Source of the DNA: an uncultured Nitrospiraceae bacterium
Lineage (GTDB): Bacteria > Nitrospirota > Nitrospiria > Nitrospirales > Nitrospiraceae
NCBI GenBank assembly: GCA_963846575.1
Contig: CAWJWJ010000002.1
Coordinates: 576,001 to 640,000, forward strand
Direction: 5' to 3'
Length of the DNA stretch: 64,000 nucleotides
The notes under the pieces were generated by a model, which saw only the letters and a program-made list of their open reading frames with translations, was not told the origin of the DNA and ran no database searches. Positions 21,970 to 32,606 of this stretch are shown here, piece by piece. Position 1 is the stretch's first letter. Every line of letters begins with the position of its first letter. The translations under genes and the position numbers were made by a program.

Positions 21970-22069
21970 ATCAGGACAACGCCGTTCTGATTCTGCGTAG
22001 ACATCGATCACGCAGGGGACAATGACGTCCTTTTGGTCCAATGGTTGGACCGGAAGGGCGTTTTTTTTT
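21970..22069 (+). promoter_or_regulatory. ANTAR dual-hexaloop leader with overlapping intrinsic terminator (urea operon)
   Basis: TCAGGAC-AACGCC-GTTCTGA and GGAC-AATGAC-GTCC; 16-bp terminator stem 22025-22061 followed by T9. Confidence 0.8.
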
Positions 22070-22127
22070 GGCCTCTAGCACCTCCGGTCTGGCAGTCAAA
22101 TCGTGTGTAACCAGGAGGGCTATGAGG

Positions 22128-23495
22128 ATGGGCGCACGAACGTCAGGAGGACTCATACTCGGCTCGGTCGTGCTTATGATCGTTGTCTCCGCAGTTCCGG
22201 TGAGCGCAGAAGACCAGAGTGCAGGAGAGTCGGCGGGAGCGGGCCGCCTGAGCCGTGAAGTGGAGACTCCCCCCGCGGTGATTTGCGGCGGCTGCGTCAC
22301 TCCCAGTTTCGCGGGCGAAGGCAAAGGAAGCATTGTTCCCTATGGTCGTATCGAGCTGGACGCGATATACAGCAACCGAAATACGAATCCACTCGACCCC
22401 GGGCAATTCAATGGCTATGCCACCGCCGCAGGCAAAAGCAGCAATGCGTCCTCCACGCTCAATCCTCGCTATAGCGTGTTCGGCCTGCGTGCCGACCGAA
22501 CGGACGGGAAACATACCTTGACTGGTGTCGTCGAAGCGGATTTCTACAGCCAAACCGACAATGCCGGCAATATCTCGCCTCGCCTGCGGTTGGCCAACGT
22601 CAAATATTCTCCCAACAATAGTCGGACGACCATCACGGCAGGCATGGACTGGACGCCGATCATGTCCTCTCATCCAAACCTGATCGATTTCTCCATCATG
22701 GGTTATAACGGGAACTTGTGGCAGCGACTCCCGCAGATTACCGTGAAGCATCAATTTACCGACAACGTGAATGGTCTGTTGACGGTCATGCGATTCGAAC
22801 GCGGATTATCGGCCATTCAGCCGCAGACGCAACGACGAACGTTTCAAGGGGCCGGCGCGGGGGCGGCGCCGGGTAGTTGCGGGACGAGCGGTTTCGGCTG
22901 TTCTGAAAACGCCTTCAACGATCCGGTACAGATGCCCTATGTGGGGACTCGATTTGCCTATACAGGCACGGGTGACCAGGCAGGCTTTATGGTCGCACTC
23001 AATGCCGCGTTTAGGCATTATCGATCGGCGCCGACGGCCGGGGGGATTCCCGCGGGCAACGATATCAATTCGTATCTCGTGGGGGCGGAACTCGCGGTGC
23101 CTTTGACCAACCGGTTGAGATTCACCGGTGAGATTGCCTACGGACAGGCGCTGGGAGTGGAGTTTTTCCGATACGGACAGGAGCGAAACCTGGGCACGGG
23201 CAAATCGATCCGGACCGTGGTCGGCTGGGGAGAGTTGGATTATGCCTTCGATCGGCAGCTCACGCTCATCGCCGGCTATGGGTTCGACAACCCGCTGAAC
23301 TCAGACCTGCGAGGCACCAGCGCCGGGCCTGACACCCAATATGTACTCAATCATCGGACCTACCTGACGGCCGTCCGGCATATTTGGGGCGATTTGTACA
23401 CGTCGTTCGAGTGGAATCACCTCATGACCGAATGGTCCACCGGGGAGCATTTTGCAGGAGACAATTTCATGCTCTCAACTTGGTACAACTTTTAG
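22128..23495 (+). CDS. Putative outer-membrane porin (DcaP-like) heading the urea operon
   Basis: Signal peptide, YGRIELD, VVEADF, RLRLA, QRLPQI beta-strand patterns, C-terminal WYNF. Confidence 0.7.
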   Translation: MGARTSGGLILGSVVLMIVVSAVPVSAEDQSAGESAGAGRLSREVETPPAVICGGCVTPSFAGEGKGSIVPYGRIELDAIYSNRNTNPLDPGQFNGYATAAGKSSNASSTLNPRYSVFGLRADRTDGKHTLTGVVEADFYSQTDNAGNISPRLRLANVKYSPNNSRTTITAGMDWTPIMSSHPNLIDFSIMGYNGNLWQRLPQITVKHQFTDNVNGLLTVMRFERGLSAIQPQTQRRTFQGAGAGAAPGSCGTSGFGCSENAFNDPVQMPYVGTRFAYTGTGDQAGFMVALNAAFRHYRSAPTAGGIPAGNDINSYLVGAELAVPLTNRLRFTGEIAYGQALGVEFFRYGQERNLGTGKSIRTVVGWGELDYAFDRQLTLIAGYGFDNPLNSDLRGTSAGPDTQYVLNHRTYLTAVRHIWGDLYTSFEWNHLMTEWSTGEHFAGDNFMLSTWYNF

Positions 23496-23524
23496 CCTGG
23501 CATGACGGCGAAAGGAGTCTCACG

Positions 23525-24889
23525 ATGATCTCTCCGAAACCACAGAGTACAGACCAGGAGATTGCCACGAGCAAGGCCGAGGCCCTTCCGTCGCGCCGCG
23601 ATTTCCTCTGGCAGAGTTCACGAACCGCGGCCGGCATCGGGGTAGCGGCGTTGCTGGGAAACCTGGGGCATTGGGCATTGTCATATGGGGCCGATAAGGA
23701 ACCGATCAAGGTCGGGGTGTTGCACTCGCTCAGCGGTACCATGGCCATCAGTGAGGTGTCGCTGAAGGATGTCGTGTCGATGGCGGTGGAAGAGATCAAC
23801 GCGAAGGGCGGCCTGTTGGGACGACCCTTGAAGCTGGTCATCGTCGATCCGGCCTCTAATTGGGATCTCTTCGCCGAAAAAGCCAAACAATTGTTAGTGC
23901 AGGATAAGGTGGCGGTGGTGTTTGGTTGTTGGACATCGGTCAGCCGGAAGTCCGTATTGCCGGTGTTCGAGAAGAACAACGGGCTGCTCTTTTATCCGGT
24001 CCAGTATGAAGGGGAGGAATGCTCACGGAATGTGTTCTACACCGGCGCCGCGGTGAATCAGCAGGCCGTGCCTGCCGTGGAGTATCTGATGAGCAAGGAA
24101 GGGGGAGGGTTCAAAAAGTTCTATCTGCTCGGGACCGATTACGTCTATCCGCGCACGACGAACAAGATTCTCCGTGCCATGTTGCTCGCCAAGAAAGTCC
24201 CTGCGGCCAACATCATGGAAGAGTACACTCCGTTCCATCATCAGGATTACCAAACCATCGTCGGAAAGATTAAAAAGTTTGCGGCCGGCGGAGGCGGGTG
24301 TGTGATCAGCACGATCAATGGCGACAGCAATGTGCCGTTCTACAAAGAGTTTGCCAACCAAGGGTTGCGGGCGGAAGATGCGCCTATTATGGCCTTCAGC
24401 GTCGCGGAGGACGAGTTGCGTGGGATGGACAAGACGGCTCTGGTCGGGCATCTGGCGGCCTGGAATTACTACCAGAGCGTCGACACGCCGCAGAACAAAC
24501 AGTTCGTGGCCAATTTTAAGGCCTACTGCAAAAAGAACAATCTGCCGGAGGGTGACAAGCGCGTCACCGACGATCCGATCGAAGCCGCCTACTTTGGCGT
24601 ACATGTCTGGAAGCAAGCGGTTGAGAAGGCGGGCGGCACCGATGCAGATGCGGTACGAAAAGCCGTCTATGGCCAGAAGTTTCCGGCTCCCGGTGGGGAA
24701 ATCATGATGGACGAGGCTAACCATCATACCCACAAGCCGGTGTTGATCGGCGAGATTCTCAAGGACGGTCAATTTAAAGTCGTCTGGCGCTCGAAGGGGT
24801 TGGTCAAACCGGAACCCTGGAGCGAATACACGAATCCGGAAAAGGGGTGTGACTGGGTGAAACATCAAGGGACCTATAAGAGGGCCTGA
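23525..24889 (+). CDS. urtA: Urea ABC transporter substrate-binding protein (Tat signal)
   Basis: SRRDFL twin-Arg; HSLSGTMAISE, FGCWTSVSRKSVLP, YPVQYEG. Confidence 0.96.
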   Translation: MISPKPQSTDQEIATSKAEALPSRRDFLWQSSRTAAGIGVAALLGNLGHWALSYGADKEPIKVGVLHSLSGTMAISEVSLKDVVSMAVEEINAKGGLLGRPLKLVIVDPASNWDLFAEKAKQLLVQDKVAVVFGCWTSVSRKSVLPVFEKNNGLLFYPVQYEGEECSRNVFYTGAAVNQQAVPAVEYLMSKEGGGFKKFYLLGTDYVYPRTTNKILRAMLLAKKVPAANIMEEYTPFHHQDYQTIVGKIKKFAAGGGGCVISTINGDSNVPFYKEFANQGLRAEDAPIMAFSVAEDELRGMDKTALVGHLAAWNYYQSVDTPQNKQFVANFKAYCKKNNLPEGDKRVTDDPIEAAYFGVHVWKQAVEKAGGTDADAVRKAVYGQKFPAPGGEIMMDEANHHTHKPVLIGEILKDGQFKVVWRSKGLVKPEPWSEYTNPEKGCDWVKHQGTYKRA

Positions 24890-24938
24890 TGGGGAAGCGA
24901 GAATCAGCGCGCTGGATGCGGGGGAGGGTGCGCGGCGA

Positions 24939-26480
24939 ATGAGGCGCATCACCGGGATGGCAGTGCTCTGGTGCTGTGTGATCTGGGGTATGACCGACGC
25001 ATTGGCGGCGGAGGAGCTTGTCGGCGTCACGCCGTCAGCGGCGGTTGAGCAGGCGCTCAAGGATCTCTCGAGCGATGAGGAAACAACGCGCGAGCAGGCG
25101 ATTCATGTCCTGATCGAGCAGGGCGATGCGGCCGCTCTCCCGCGCTTGGACGCATTGCGAGAGAATGCGGATCGACGCCTACGCATGGCCATCAAGCCGG
25201 TGGCCGATGCCTGGCGTCACCGCGCAAACCTGTCCAGTCCGGATGCCGATGCCCGGCGTTCGGCGGCGATCGACCTGGGGACGAGCGGACGGGGTGTGGC
25301 CATTCCCTGGTTGGAATCTGCGGTCGACACCGAATCCCATCGGTGGGTTCGGTATGCGATGCAGGAGTCGATCCAACTCCTGAAACTCGCCTCGGATAAT
25401 CCTGTGATCAAGGCGCAGGCGGCGGCAAAGCTGGGCGAGCTGCGCAGCCAGAATGCCGTTCCGGCGCTGAAGGAATTGGTGCAGGTGGCCAAGGAATCGA
25501 CTAGCACCGAGGATCAGCATAACGTCGCGGGGGTGGCGGCTGTCGCCATCGATCGGATCGAATCCTGGAATGTCTGGTCCACGGCGATCGAAACGTTGTT
25601 CCGCGGCATCAGTCTGAGTTCGATTCTCCTCATCATGTCCGTCGGGCTCGCGATCGTCTTCGGATTGATGGGCGTCATCAACATGGCCCACGGCGAACTG
25701 ATGATGATCGGCGCCTATGCGACCTTTGTCATCCAGGAATGTTTTAAGCTGTATCTTCCTCCGGCCTGGTTCGATGCCTATTACCTGACTGCCCTTCCGG
25801 CCGCATTTCTGGCGGCGGCCTTGTTCGGATTGATCCTGGAAGCGACCGTCATCCGGTTTCTATATGGCCGCCCGCTCGAAACGATGCTAGCGACCTGGGG
25901 AGTCAGCCTCATTCTTATTCAGGCGGCGCGAATTTATTTCGGGGATCTGACGGCGGTGGCGGCTCCCGTTTGGCTTAACGGCGGCACGCAGGTCATGGTG
26001 GGAGTGTTTCTGCCCTTCAATCGCCTGTTCATCATCGGGCTTTCCATCCTCTGTGTCACCGGCATTTATTTGTTACTGTTCAGGTCACCTGTGGGACTCC
26101 GGGTGCGGGCCGTCACGCAGAATCGACACATGAGCGCCTGTCTGGGTATCCCCACCAGAAAAGTCGATGCCTACACCTTTGCCTTCGGATCCGGCCTGGC
26201 CGGCATCGCAGGCTGGGCCCTGACCCTGGTGGGGAACGTCGAGCCGGGACTCGGGCAGAACTACATCGTGGACTCCTTCATGGTAGTCGTGACCGGCGGT
26301 GTCGGTAAACTTGCGGGGACCATTATTGCCTCCCTGGGAATCGGGGGGTTGAATAAGCTCATGGAGCCGAGTCTGGGAGCCGTCTACGCAAAAGTCTTGA
26401 TCCTGGTGTTGGTGATTCTCTTCCTGCAGCGGCGGCCGTCGGGGCTGTTTGCGATTCAAGGGCGTCACGCCGAAGGATAG
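24939..26480 (+). CDS. urtB: Urea ABC transporter permease with HEAT-repeat N-terminal domain
   Basis: GLMGVINMAHGE, LYGRPLETMLATWG, YIVDSFMVVVTGG. Confidence 0.94.
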   Translation: MRRITGMAVLWCCVIWGMTDALAAEELVGVTPSAAVEQALKDLSSDEETTREQAIHVLIEQGDAAALPRLDALRENADRRLRMAIKPVADAWRHRANLSSPDADARRSAAIDLGTSGRGVAIPWLESAVDTESHRWVRYAMQESIQLLKLASDNPVIKAQAAAKLGELRSQNAVPALKELVQVAKESTSTEDQHNVAGVAAVAIDRIESWNVWSTAIETLFRGISLSSILLIMSVGLAIVFGLMGVINMAHGELMMIGAYATFVIQECFKLYLPPAWFDAYYLTALPAAFLAAALFGLILEATVIRFLYGRPLETMLATWGVSLILIQAARIYFGDLTAVAAPVWLNGGTQVMVGVFLPFNRLFIIGLSILCVTGIYLLLFRSPVGLRVRAVTQNRHMSACLGIPTRKVDAYTFAFGSGLAGIAGWALTLVGNVEPGLGQNYIVDSFMVVVTGGVGKLAGTIIASLGIGGLNKLMEPSLGAVYAKVLILVLVILFLQRRPSGLFAIQGRHAEG

Positions 26481-26506
26481 TCTCGAGCAGGGAGAAGGGA
26501 GAACTG

Positions 26507-27643
26507 TTGGTACCAGAGTCGAATGTGGAGCGGCGCGAAGGCACGGTCTTTTGGTTGGTCGGGTTTGTGCTTCTCTTTGTCCTGCCGGTGCTCAACGTGT
26601 TGCCGGCGGAGGATTCCTGGCTGCGTGTCTCCGATTTCGCGCTGAATCGATTTGGAAAGTTCCTGGCCTTTGCCATTCTGGCGCTCGGGCTCGATTTGAT
26701 CTGGGGATACGCAGGCATCCTCAGCCTGGGGCAGGGCGTGTTCTTCGGCTTGGGCGCCTACTGCATGGGTATGCATCTGATGCTCGCGATCGGAAGTGAG
26801 AGCGTCTACGGCAGCACCTTGCCGGACTTCATGGTGTGGAATCAGGTTACGGAGCTACCTTTTTTCTGGACGCCCTTTTACAGCTTTCCCGCGGCCGTCC
26901 TTGCGGGCCTGCTGGTTCCTGCAGGCTTCGCGCTTCTATTCGGCTTCCTCGCGTTTCGCAGCCGTATTCGGGGTGTGTATTTTGCCATTATCACACAGGC
27001 GTTGGCTCTTATGGCCTGGCTGGTCTTCAACCGGAACGAAACAAACCTGGGGGGAACGAACGGTCTCACCGACTTCAAGACGATCGTGGGTTTTCGTCTG
27101 GCCGAGTCCGGCACCCAGCTGGCGCTCTATGTCATCACGGTGCTGTGTCTAGGCGGAGCTTATCTGCTCTGCCGCTGGATCATCGCCTCGCGCGCCGGCC
27201 GGGTCCTGATCGCCATTCGCGACAGCGAGCCGCGCGTTCTCTTCTCGGGCTACTCGCCGGCCAATTACAAACTATTCGTCTTCGTGGTCTCGGCGGCGCT
27301 GGCGGGGCTCGCGGGAATTCTCTACGTTCCGCAAGTCGGCATCATTACCCCGGCGCAGATGGGCGTGTTGCCCTCGCTTGAAATGGTGATCTGGGTCGCG
27401 GTGGGCGGTCGCGCGACCCTGGTCGGCGCCATTGTCGGAGCGGTCGGGGTGAACCTCGGACGCAGCATTCTCACCAATCACTTTCCGGAGTTCTGGCCAT
27501 TCTTTCTGGGCGGGCTCTTTGTCGTCGTGGTGCTGGTATTCCCTGACGGGGTTATGGGCGTCACCAGAAGAGTCAGTGAAAAAATGTCGGAATGGACCGT
27601 TCGTCAGCGAAAGGCTCAGGGCGTCGAGGAGGAACGGACATGA
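26507..27643 (+). CDS. urtC: Urea ABC transporter permease
   Basis: LDLIWGYAGILSLG, LPDFMVW, GGTNGLTDF, IWVAVGGR. Confidence 0.95.
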   Translation: MVPESNVERREGTVFWLVGFVLLFVLPVLNVLPAEDSWLRVSDFALNRFGKFLAFAILALGLDLIWGYAGILSLGQGVFFGLGAYCMGMHLMLAIGSESVYGSTLPDFMVWNQVTELPFFWTPFYSFPAAVLAGLLVPAGFALLFGFLAFRSRIRGVYFAIITQALALMAWLVFNRNETNLGGTNGLTDFKTIVGFRLAESGTQLALYVITVLCLGGAYLLCRWIIASRAGRVLIAIRDSEPRVLFSGYSPANYKLFVFVVSAALAGLAGILYVPQVGIITPAQMGVLPSLEMVIWVAVGGRATLVGAIVGAVGVNLGRSILTNHFPEFWPFFLGGLFVVVVLVFPDGVMGVTRRVSEKMSEWTVRQRKAQGVEEERT

Positions 27644-28407
27644 CGGAGCATGGTTCGATCATCTATCTGGAAGGTGTGACTGTCGACTATGACGGGTTCA
27701 AAGCACTGAACAATCTCAACTTCATCGTCAATCACCGTGAGTTGCGGGTGGTCATCGGGCCGAACGGCGCCGGAAAGACCACTTTGCTGGACGTGATTAC
27801 CGGTAAGACGAAACCGGCGGCCGGCCGCGTGATCTTCGGCAAAGACACGGATCTCATCGGCATGCGCGAATACGAGATCACGCAATTGGGGATCGGGCGA
27901 AAATTCCAGGCCCCCTCAATCTACGGCAATCTCACGGTGTGGGAGAATCTCGACCTGTCGTTGAAGCGGCCTAGTAAGGGCGTCTTGTTTACGCTGAGGG
28001 GCCGGTCTACGGCGGCGGAACAGCAACAAATCGATGAAGCCTTGGAGACCATCGGATTGACGGCGCAAGCGCGCTTGCGCGCAGGGTCGCTCTCTCATGG
28101 CCAGAAGCAATGGCTTGAAATCGGCATGGTCATTTTGCAGGATCCGGCCTTGTTGCTGGTCGATGAGCCGGTAGCCGGCATGACGGACGAGGAGACCGCA
28201 CAAACGGGGCGGTTGCTCCAGTCGTTGGCGGAAAAACATGCCATTATCGTCATTGAGCACGACATGGAATTCGTGCGGCAGATCGCGCGAACCGTCACGG
28301 TGCTGCATGAGGGGACCGTCATTTGCGAGGGGCCGGTGGAGACGGTTCAAGCTGATCCCCGCGTCGTGGAAATTTATCTTGGCTGCCAGAAGGTGGCGCA
28401 TGCGTAA
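27640..28407 (+). CDS. urtD: Urea ABC transporter ATPase
   Basis: [27 protein letters not shown]. Confidence 0.95.
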   Translation: MTEHGSIIYLEGVTVDYDGFKALNNLNFIVNHRELRVVIGPNGAGKTTLLDVITGKTKPAAGRVIFGKDTDLIGMREYEITQLGIGRKFQAPSIYGNLTVWENLDLSLKRPSKGVLFTLRGRSTAAEQQQIDEALETIGLTAQARLRAGSLSHGQKQWLEIGMVILQDPALLLVDEPVAGMTDEETAQTGRLLQSLAEKHAIIVIEHDMEFVRQIARTVTVLHEGTVICEGPVETVQADPRVVEIYLGCQKVAHA

Positions 28408-28461
28408 GCGGCCCCGCCCGAACTCTGCGTGAATCTCCCGGGGAGTCACCGGAACAACACG

Positions 28462-29172
28462 ATGCTGCAGCTTGAGAAGGTCAACGTCTACTACGGTGAG
28501 AGCCATATATTGCGGAACGTCTCATTTTACATCGAGGCAGGCAAGGTGGCCTGCGTCATGGGCCGGAACGGTGTGGGCAAGTCGACGACGTTGAAGGCAA
28601 TTATGGGCCTGTTGCCGGTGCGCAGCGGACGTGTCCTCTTCGATGGCGTGGACATCACCAAGGCTTCGACCGACCGGCGGGCCAGGCGCGGCCTTGCGTA
28701 TGTGCCGCAAGGTCGGGAAATCATTCCGCATCTTACCGTGCGCGAAAATCTCCAGCTGGGCTATTGGGCGCGCGGGAGCGCCACGAACGGGGGCTCTGAA
28801 AAAGCTGCCTTCGATGAGGTCTTCACGTTATTCCCCAAGCTCACGCAAATTCTGGAACGGCCAGGCGGGGTCTTGAGTGGTGGCGAGCAGCAGCAATTGG
28901 CCATCGGGCGTGCGCTGCTGTCGGATCCCAAAGTCTTGCTGCTCGATGAACCGACCGAGGGCATTCAACCTTCCATCGTCGACCAGATCGAAGACGTGAT
29001 CGTCGGGTTTAAAACCGCGCGTCGATTTGCCATCGTCCTGGTGGAACAGGGCCTTCATTTCGCGGCACGGCTGGCGGACAGCTACGTCGTGATGGCCAAA
29101 GGAGCGGTGATGGCGGCGGGGAGGAAGGACGAGTTGAGTGCCGAGATGGTGAAGCAGCATTTGACGGTGTAA
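28462..29172 (+). CDS. urtE: Urea ABC transporter ATPase
   Basis: YYGESHIL, GRNGVGKST, LSGGEQQQLAIGRAL, DEPTEGIQP; alternative GTG start at 28429. Confidence 0.95.
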   Translation: MLQLEKVNVYYGESHILRNVSFYIEAGKVACVMGRNGVGKSTTLKAIMGLLPVRSGRVLFDGVDITKASTDRRARRGLAYVPQGREIIPHLTVRENLQLGYWARGSATNGGSEKAAFDEVFTLFPKLTQILERPGGVLSGGEQQQLAIGRALLSDPKVLLLDEPTEGIQPSIVDQIEDVIVGFKTARRFAIVLVEQGLHFAARLADSYVVMAKGAVMAAGRKDELSAEMVKQHLTV

Positions 29173-29361
29173 CGCAAGCCGGGCAGGCGGAGCATGTCTG
29201 TCGAGCCATGGGGACATTCGTGAGCCGCCCTCGAATACGTGGCAGACATACGGCCCTCTGGCCGATTCATCTCGTTGCCGCAGATGAGACCCATTGAACT
29301 CATCTGCCCGCCTCGCTAGTATTCACGCCCTGGGTTGAGGCGTGGAGGGGAAGCAGACGAA

Positions 29362-29766
29362 GTGCGTGAATCTAGAAACAGTGTGAGCGCTCCCGGCCTT
29401 GCGGGGATTCTCATGGTGAGCGTCCTCTCCGCCTGCGCTACAGGTCAGTACACCCCGCTGGCGGGGGCCGAAAAGGACCAGGTCGATCAGCTGAAAGAAA
29501 ATGTCTACCGCGTCGAGTATCGTGTCAGTTCATTTACCTCGCAGGAGCAGTTGGATGCCTACCTGCGCCGGCGTTGTGCAGAATTGACGTTGCGGGAAGG
29601 GTACGATTTTTTTCATCTGGCGCAACGGGCGGATGTCCTGGCCCTCTCACGGCGGACGTCGATGACAGTGACGATGTATAAAGGACAGAAACCCCCCGGC
29701 GCGGTTGATCTCCATGATGCCAGGGAAGTTTTGGCCAAGTCGGCAATACTGCCACAGAATGAATGA
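29362..29766 (+). CDS. Small lipoprotein of unknown function
   Basis: Lipobox LSAC; YRV...RRCAELTLREGYDFF pattern; start approximate. Confidence 0.65.
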   Translation: MRESRNSVSAPGLAGILMVSVLSACATGQYTPLAGAEKDQVDQLKENVYRVEYRVSSFTSQEQLDAYLRRRCAELTLREGYDFFHLAQRADVLALSRRTSMTVTMYKGQKPPGAVDLHDAREVLAKSAILPQNE

Positions 29767-29792
29767 CGCATGACGTGTGACGAGGGCGGGAT

Positions 29793-30095
29793 ATGCATCT
29801 GACACCGCGTGAGCAGGAGAAACTGTTGATCTATGTAGCGGCAAATCTGGCCAAAGACCGCAAAGCGCGGGGGTTGAAGCTCAACCACCCGGAGGCGGTG
29901 GCATTGATCACCGCTGAGATTCTGGAGGGAATCCGCGACGGCAAGTCCGTGTCGGAGTTGATGAGTTACGGCGCCACGCTGCTCACTCGAAAGGATGTCA
30001 TGTCAGGTGTGCCGGAAATGATCCCGGAGCTTCAGGTCGAAGGCACATTTCCGGATGGCACGAAACTGGTGACCGTGCATGAGCCGATCCGATAG
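29793..30095 (+). CDS. ureA: Urease subunit gamma
   Basis: [11 protein letters not shown]...LNHPEA...[14 protein letters not shown]. Confidence 0.98.
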   Translation: MHLTPREQEKLLIYVAANLAKDRKARGLKLNHPEAVALITAEILEGIRDGKSVSELMSYGATLLTRKDVMSGVPEMIPELQVEGTFPDGTKLVTVHEPIR

Positions 30096-30103
30096 GGAAT
30101 AAA

Positions 30104-30583
30104 ATGAAGCAGAAAGCGAAGACCGTAGCGAGGACATCTCGACCCAAGGCATCCTCCTCCGTCAATCGGCGCGATGGACTTCAGCCTGCGCCCATCATCC
30201 CCGGCGAGGTGATTCTCGGCGAAGGCGACATCATTGCGCTGCAGGGTCGGCAGACGGTTGAACTGACGGTATCGAATACCGGCGACAGGCCGATTCAGGT
30301 GGGGTCGCACTGCCACTTCTTCGAGGCCAATCGGGCGCTGACGTTCGACCGCAAGAAGGCCTATGGATTCCGGCTCCAGATACCGGCCGGGACGGCGGTG
30401 CGGTTTGAGCCTGGTGAGTCGAAGCGGGTGACGCTGGTCGCGCTTGGCGGCAATCGCGTGGTCTATGGCATCAATGGTTTGGTGAATGGCAAACTGGACG
30501 ATCCGAATGTGCGTGAGCAGGCACAGGCGGCGGCACGGGAACAGGGTTTCATGAGCACAGAGAAATGGCCCCCGCGGTCATAG
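30104..30583 (+). CDS. ureB: Urease subunit beta
   Basis: [31 protein letters not shown]. Confidence 0.98.
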   Translation: MKQKAKTVARTSRPKASSSVNRRDGLQPAPIIPGEVILGEGDIIALQGRQTVELTVSNTGDRPIQVGSHCHFFEANRALTFDRKKAYGFRLQIPAGTAVRFEPGESKRVTLVALGGNRVVYGINGLVNGKLDDPNVREQAQAAAREQGFMSTEKWPPRS

Positions 30584-30594
30584 GCGAAAGGAGC

Positions 30595-30720
30595 ACGGTT
30601 GCTCAAAACGGTCCCCCCACGAGGCCGCAGGCAAGGCCAGAGCCGGACGTATACCCTTGAGAGTAGGTTGAGGACTCTGGCGGGCCGGGCACGAGGTTGG
30701 GGGCGGTTCTCAGCAGCCGT
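30595..30720 (+). repeat. About 125-bp interspersed palindromic repeat, copy A
   Basis: Terminal inverted repeats ACGGTTGCT/AGCAGCCGT; homologous to the reverse complement of 32456-32579. Confidence 0.7.
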
Positions 30721-30725
30721 CTGAT

Positions 30726-32453
30726 ATGAAAATTCCGCGACGCCACTATAACGATCTCTACGGCCCGACTGCCGGCGATCGCATACGCCTGGCCGATACA
30801 GATCTGCTGGTTGAAATCACGCGCGATCTGACCGTGCCGGGTGAGGAGGCGAAGTTCGGCGGCGGCAAGGTCATTCGTGACGGCATGGGCCAATCGCCGG
30901 CTGCCACCCGGGCGAACGGCGCGCTCGATGTCGTGATCACCAATGCCATCATCATCGACTGGTGGGGCGTGGTGAAGGCCGACATCGGGATTCGCGATGG
31001 ACGAATCGCGGGAATCGGGAAGGCGGGAAACTCCGATCTGATGGACGGCGTGACACAGGGCATGGAAATCGGGCCCTGCACGGAGGTGTTGTCGGCGGAA
31101 GGGAAAATCATCACGGCCGGCGGGATCGATTCGCACATCCATTTCATCTGTCCGCAAATCATCACCGAGGCGCTGGCCAACGGACTGACGACGTTGATCG
31201 GTGGCGGGACCGGCCCGGCCACCGGCACCAAGGCGACGACCTGCACGCCCGGACCCTGGAACATACATCGCATGCTGGAGGCGGCGGACGGCTTCCCGAT
31301 CAATCTCGGTTTTCTGGGCAAAGGGAATTCGTCACTGCCCGAGGGGTTGAATGAACAGGTGGAGGCGGGCGTCATCGGGTTGAAGCTGCATGAAGACTGG
31401 GGGACGACGCCGGCCGCCATCGATACCTGCTTGAGCGTGGCGGAGCGGTATGACGTGCAGGTGGCGATCCACACCGATACGATCAACGAGGCCGGCTTTG
31501 TCGAGGACACGATCAGGGCGTTTAAGGGCCGGACGATTCACTCGTTCCATACTGAAGGCGCCGGCGGGGGACATGCTCCCGACATCATCAAAGTTTGCGG
31601 CGAGGCGAACGTGTTGCCTTCCTCGACCAATCCCACCATGCCCTTCACGGTCAATACGATGGATGAACATCTGGACATGTTGATGGTCTGTCACCATCTG
31701 AATCCGCGGGTGCCGGAAGACATCGCGTTTGCCGAGTCGCGTATCCGGCGGGAAACGATCGCAGCGGAGGATATTCTGCACGACATGGGGGCGATCAGCA
31801 TCATGTCGTCCGACTCTCAGGCGATGGGGCGGGTGGGCGAGGTCATCATCCGCACCTGGCAGACGGCGCATAAAATGAAAGTACAGCGGGGGCACCTGTC
31901 GGAGCGCGGCATCGACCGGCAGGATGGTCAGCATGACAACTGGCGCGCGCGGCGTTACGTGGCGAAATATACGATCAATCCCGCGATCGCCCACGGGGTG
32001 GCCCATGAAGTCGGGTCGGTGGAAGTCGGTAAGCTGGCCGACCTCGTTTTATGGAAACCGGCTTTTTTCGGTGTGAAACCGGAGATTGTCCTCAAGGGCG
32101 GATTTCCCCTGTCGGCTGCCATGGGCGATCCCAACGCATCGATCCCGACTCCGCAACCGGTGCTGACCAGACCCATGTTCGGCAGCTTCGGCCGGGCGCC
32201 CTTCTCCACGAGCGTGACATTTCTCTCTCAAACGGCCGTGGAGCGAGAGGTGCCGAAACAGCTGGGGTTGCAGAAGCGCGTCGCTGCGGTCAAGGGTTGC
32301 CGAAACATCGGCAAACGGGATTTGAAATTGAACGATGCGCTGCCGCAGATCGAGGTGGATTCTGAAACGTACGAAGTACGCGCGGACGGCGAGCTGCTCA
32401 CATGTGAGCCGGTAGCGGTCTTGCCGATGGCGCAGCGTTACTTCCTGTTCTAG
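30726..32453 (+). CDS. ureC: Urease subunit alpha (catalytic)
   Basis: [34 protein letters not shown] nickel-site motifs. Confidence 0.99.
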   Translation: MKIPRRHYNDLYGPTAGDRIRLADTDLLVEITRDLTVPGEEAKFGGGKVIRDGMGQSPAATRANGALDVVITNAIIIDWWGVVKADIGIRDGRIAGIGKAGNSDLMDGVTQGMEIGPCTEVLSAEGKIITAGGIDSHIHFICPQIITEALANGLTTLIGGGTGPATGTKATTCTPGPWNIHRMLEAADGFPINLGFLGKGNSSLPEGLNEQVEAGVIGLKLHEDWGTTPAAIDTCLSVAERYDVQVAIHTDTINEAGFVEDTIRAFKGRTIHSFHTEGAGGGHAPDIIKVCGEANVLPSSTNPTMPFTVNTMDEHLDMLMVCHHLNPRVPEDIAFAESRIRRETIAAEDILHDMGAISIMSSDSQAMGRVGEVIIRTWQTAHKMKVQRGHLSERGIDRQDGQHDNWRARRYVAKYTINPAIAHGVAHEVGSVEVGKLADLVLWKPAFFGVKPEIVLKGGFPLSAAMGDPNASIPTPQPVLTRPMFGSFGRAPFSTSVTFLSQTAVEREVPKQLGLQKRVAAVKGCRNIGKRDLKLNDALPQIEVDSETYEVRADGELLTCEPVAVLPMAQRYFLF

Positions 32454-32455
32454 TC

Positions 32456-32579
32456 CGGGTACTGAAACAGGCTCCCCAACTTCGTGCCCGCTTCGGGATA
32501 GTCCTCACTGTACCCTTCCGGGTACGCCTCGGTTGAGCGTCGCCTCCGGCCTTGTGGGATGGTCTGTTTGAGCAGTCCG
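32456..32579 (-). repeat. About 125-bp interspersed palindromic repeat, copy B (inverted relative to A)
   Basis: Reverse complement shares GCTCAAA, CCCACrAGGCCGsAGGC, TACCC, TGAGGACT and CGGGCACGArGTTGGGG blocks with copy A. Confidence 0.7.
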
Positions 32580-32606
32580 TAGTCGGTCGTGGAAAGGGTT
32601 TGTCCT

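Noticed and set aside
28400..28432. Ten-codon ORF bridging urtD and urtE (possible frameshift or coupling peptide)
   Set aside because: urtE is complete from its own start; the evidence is too thin.
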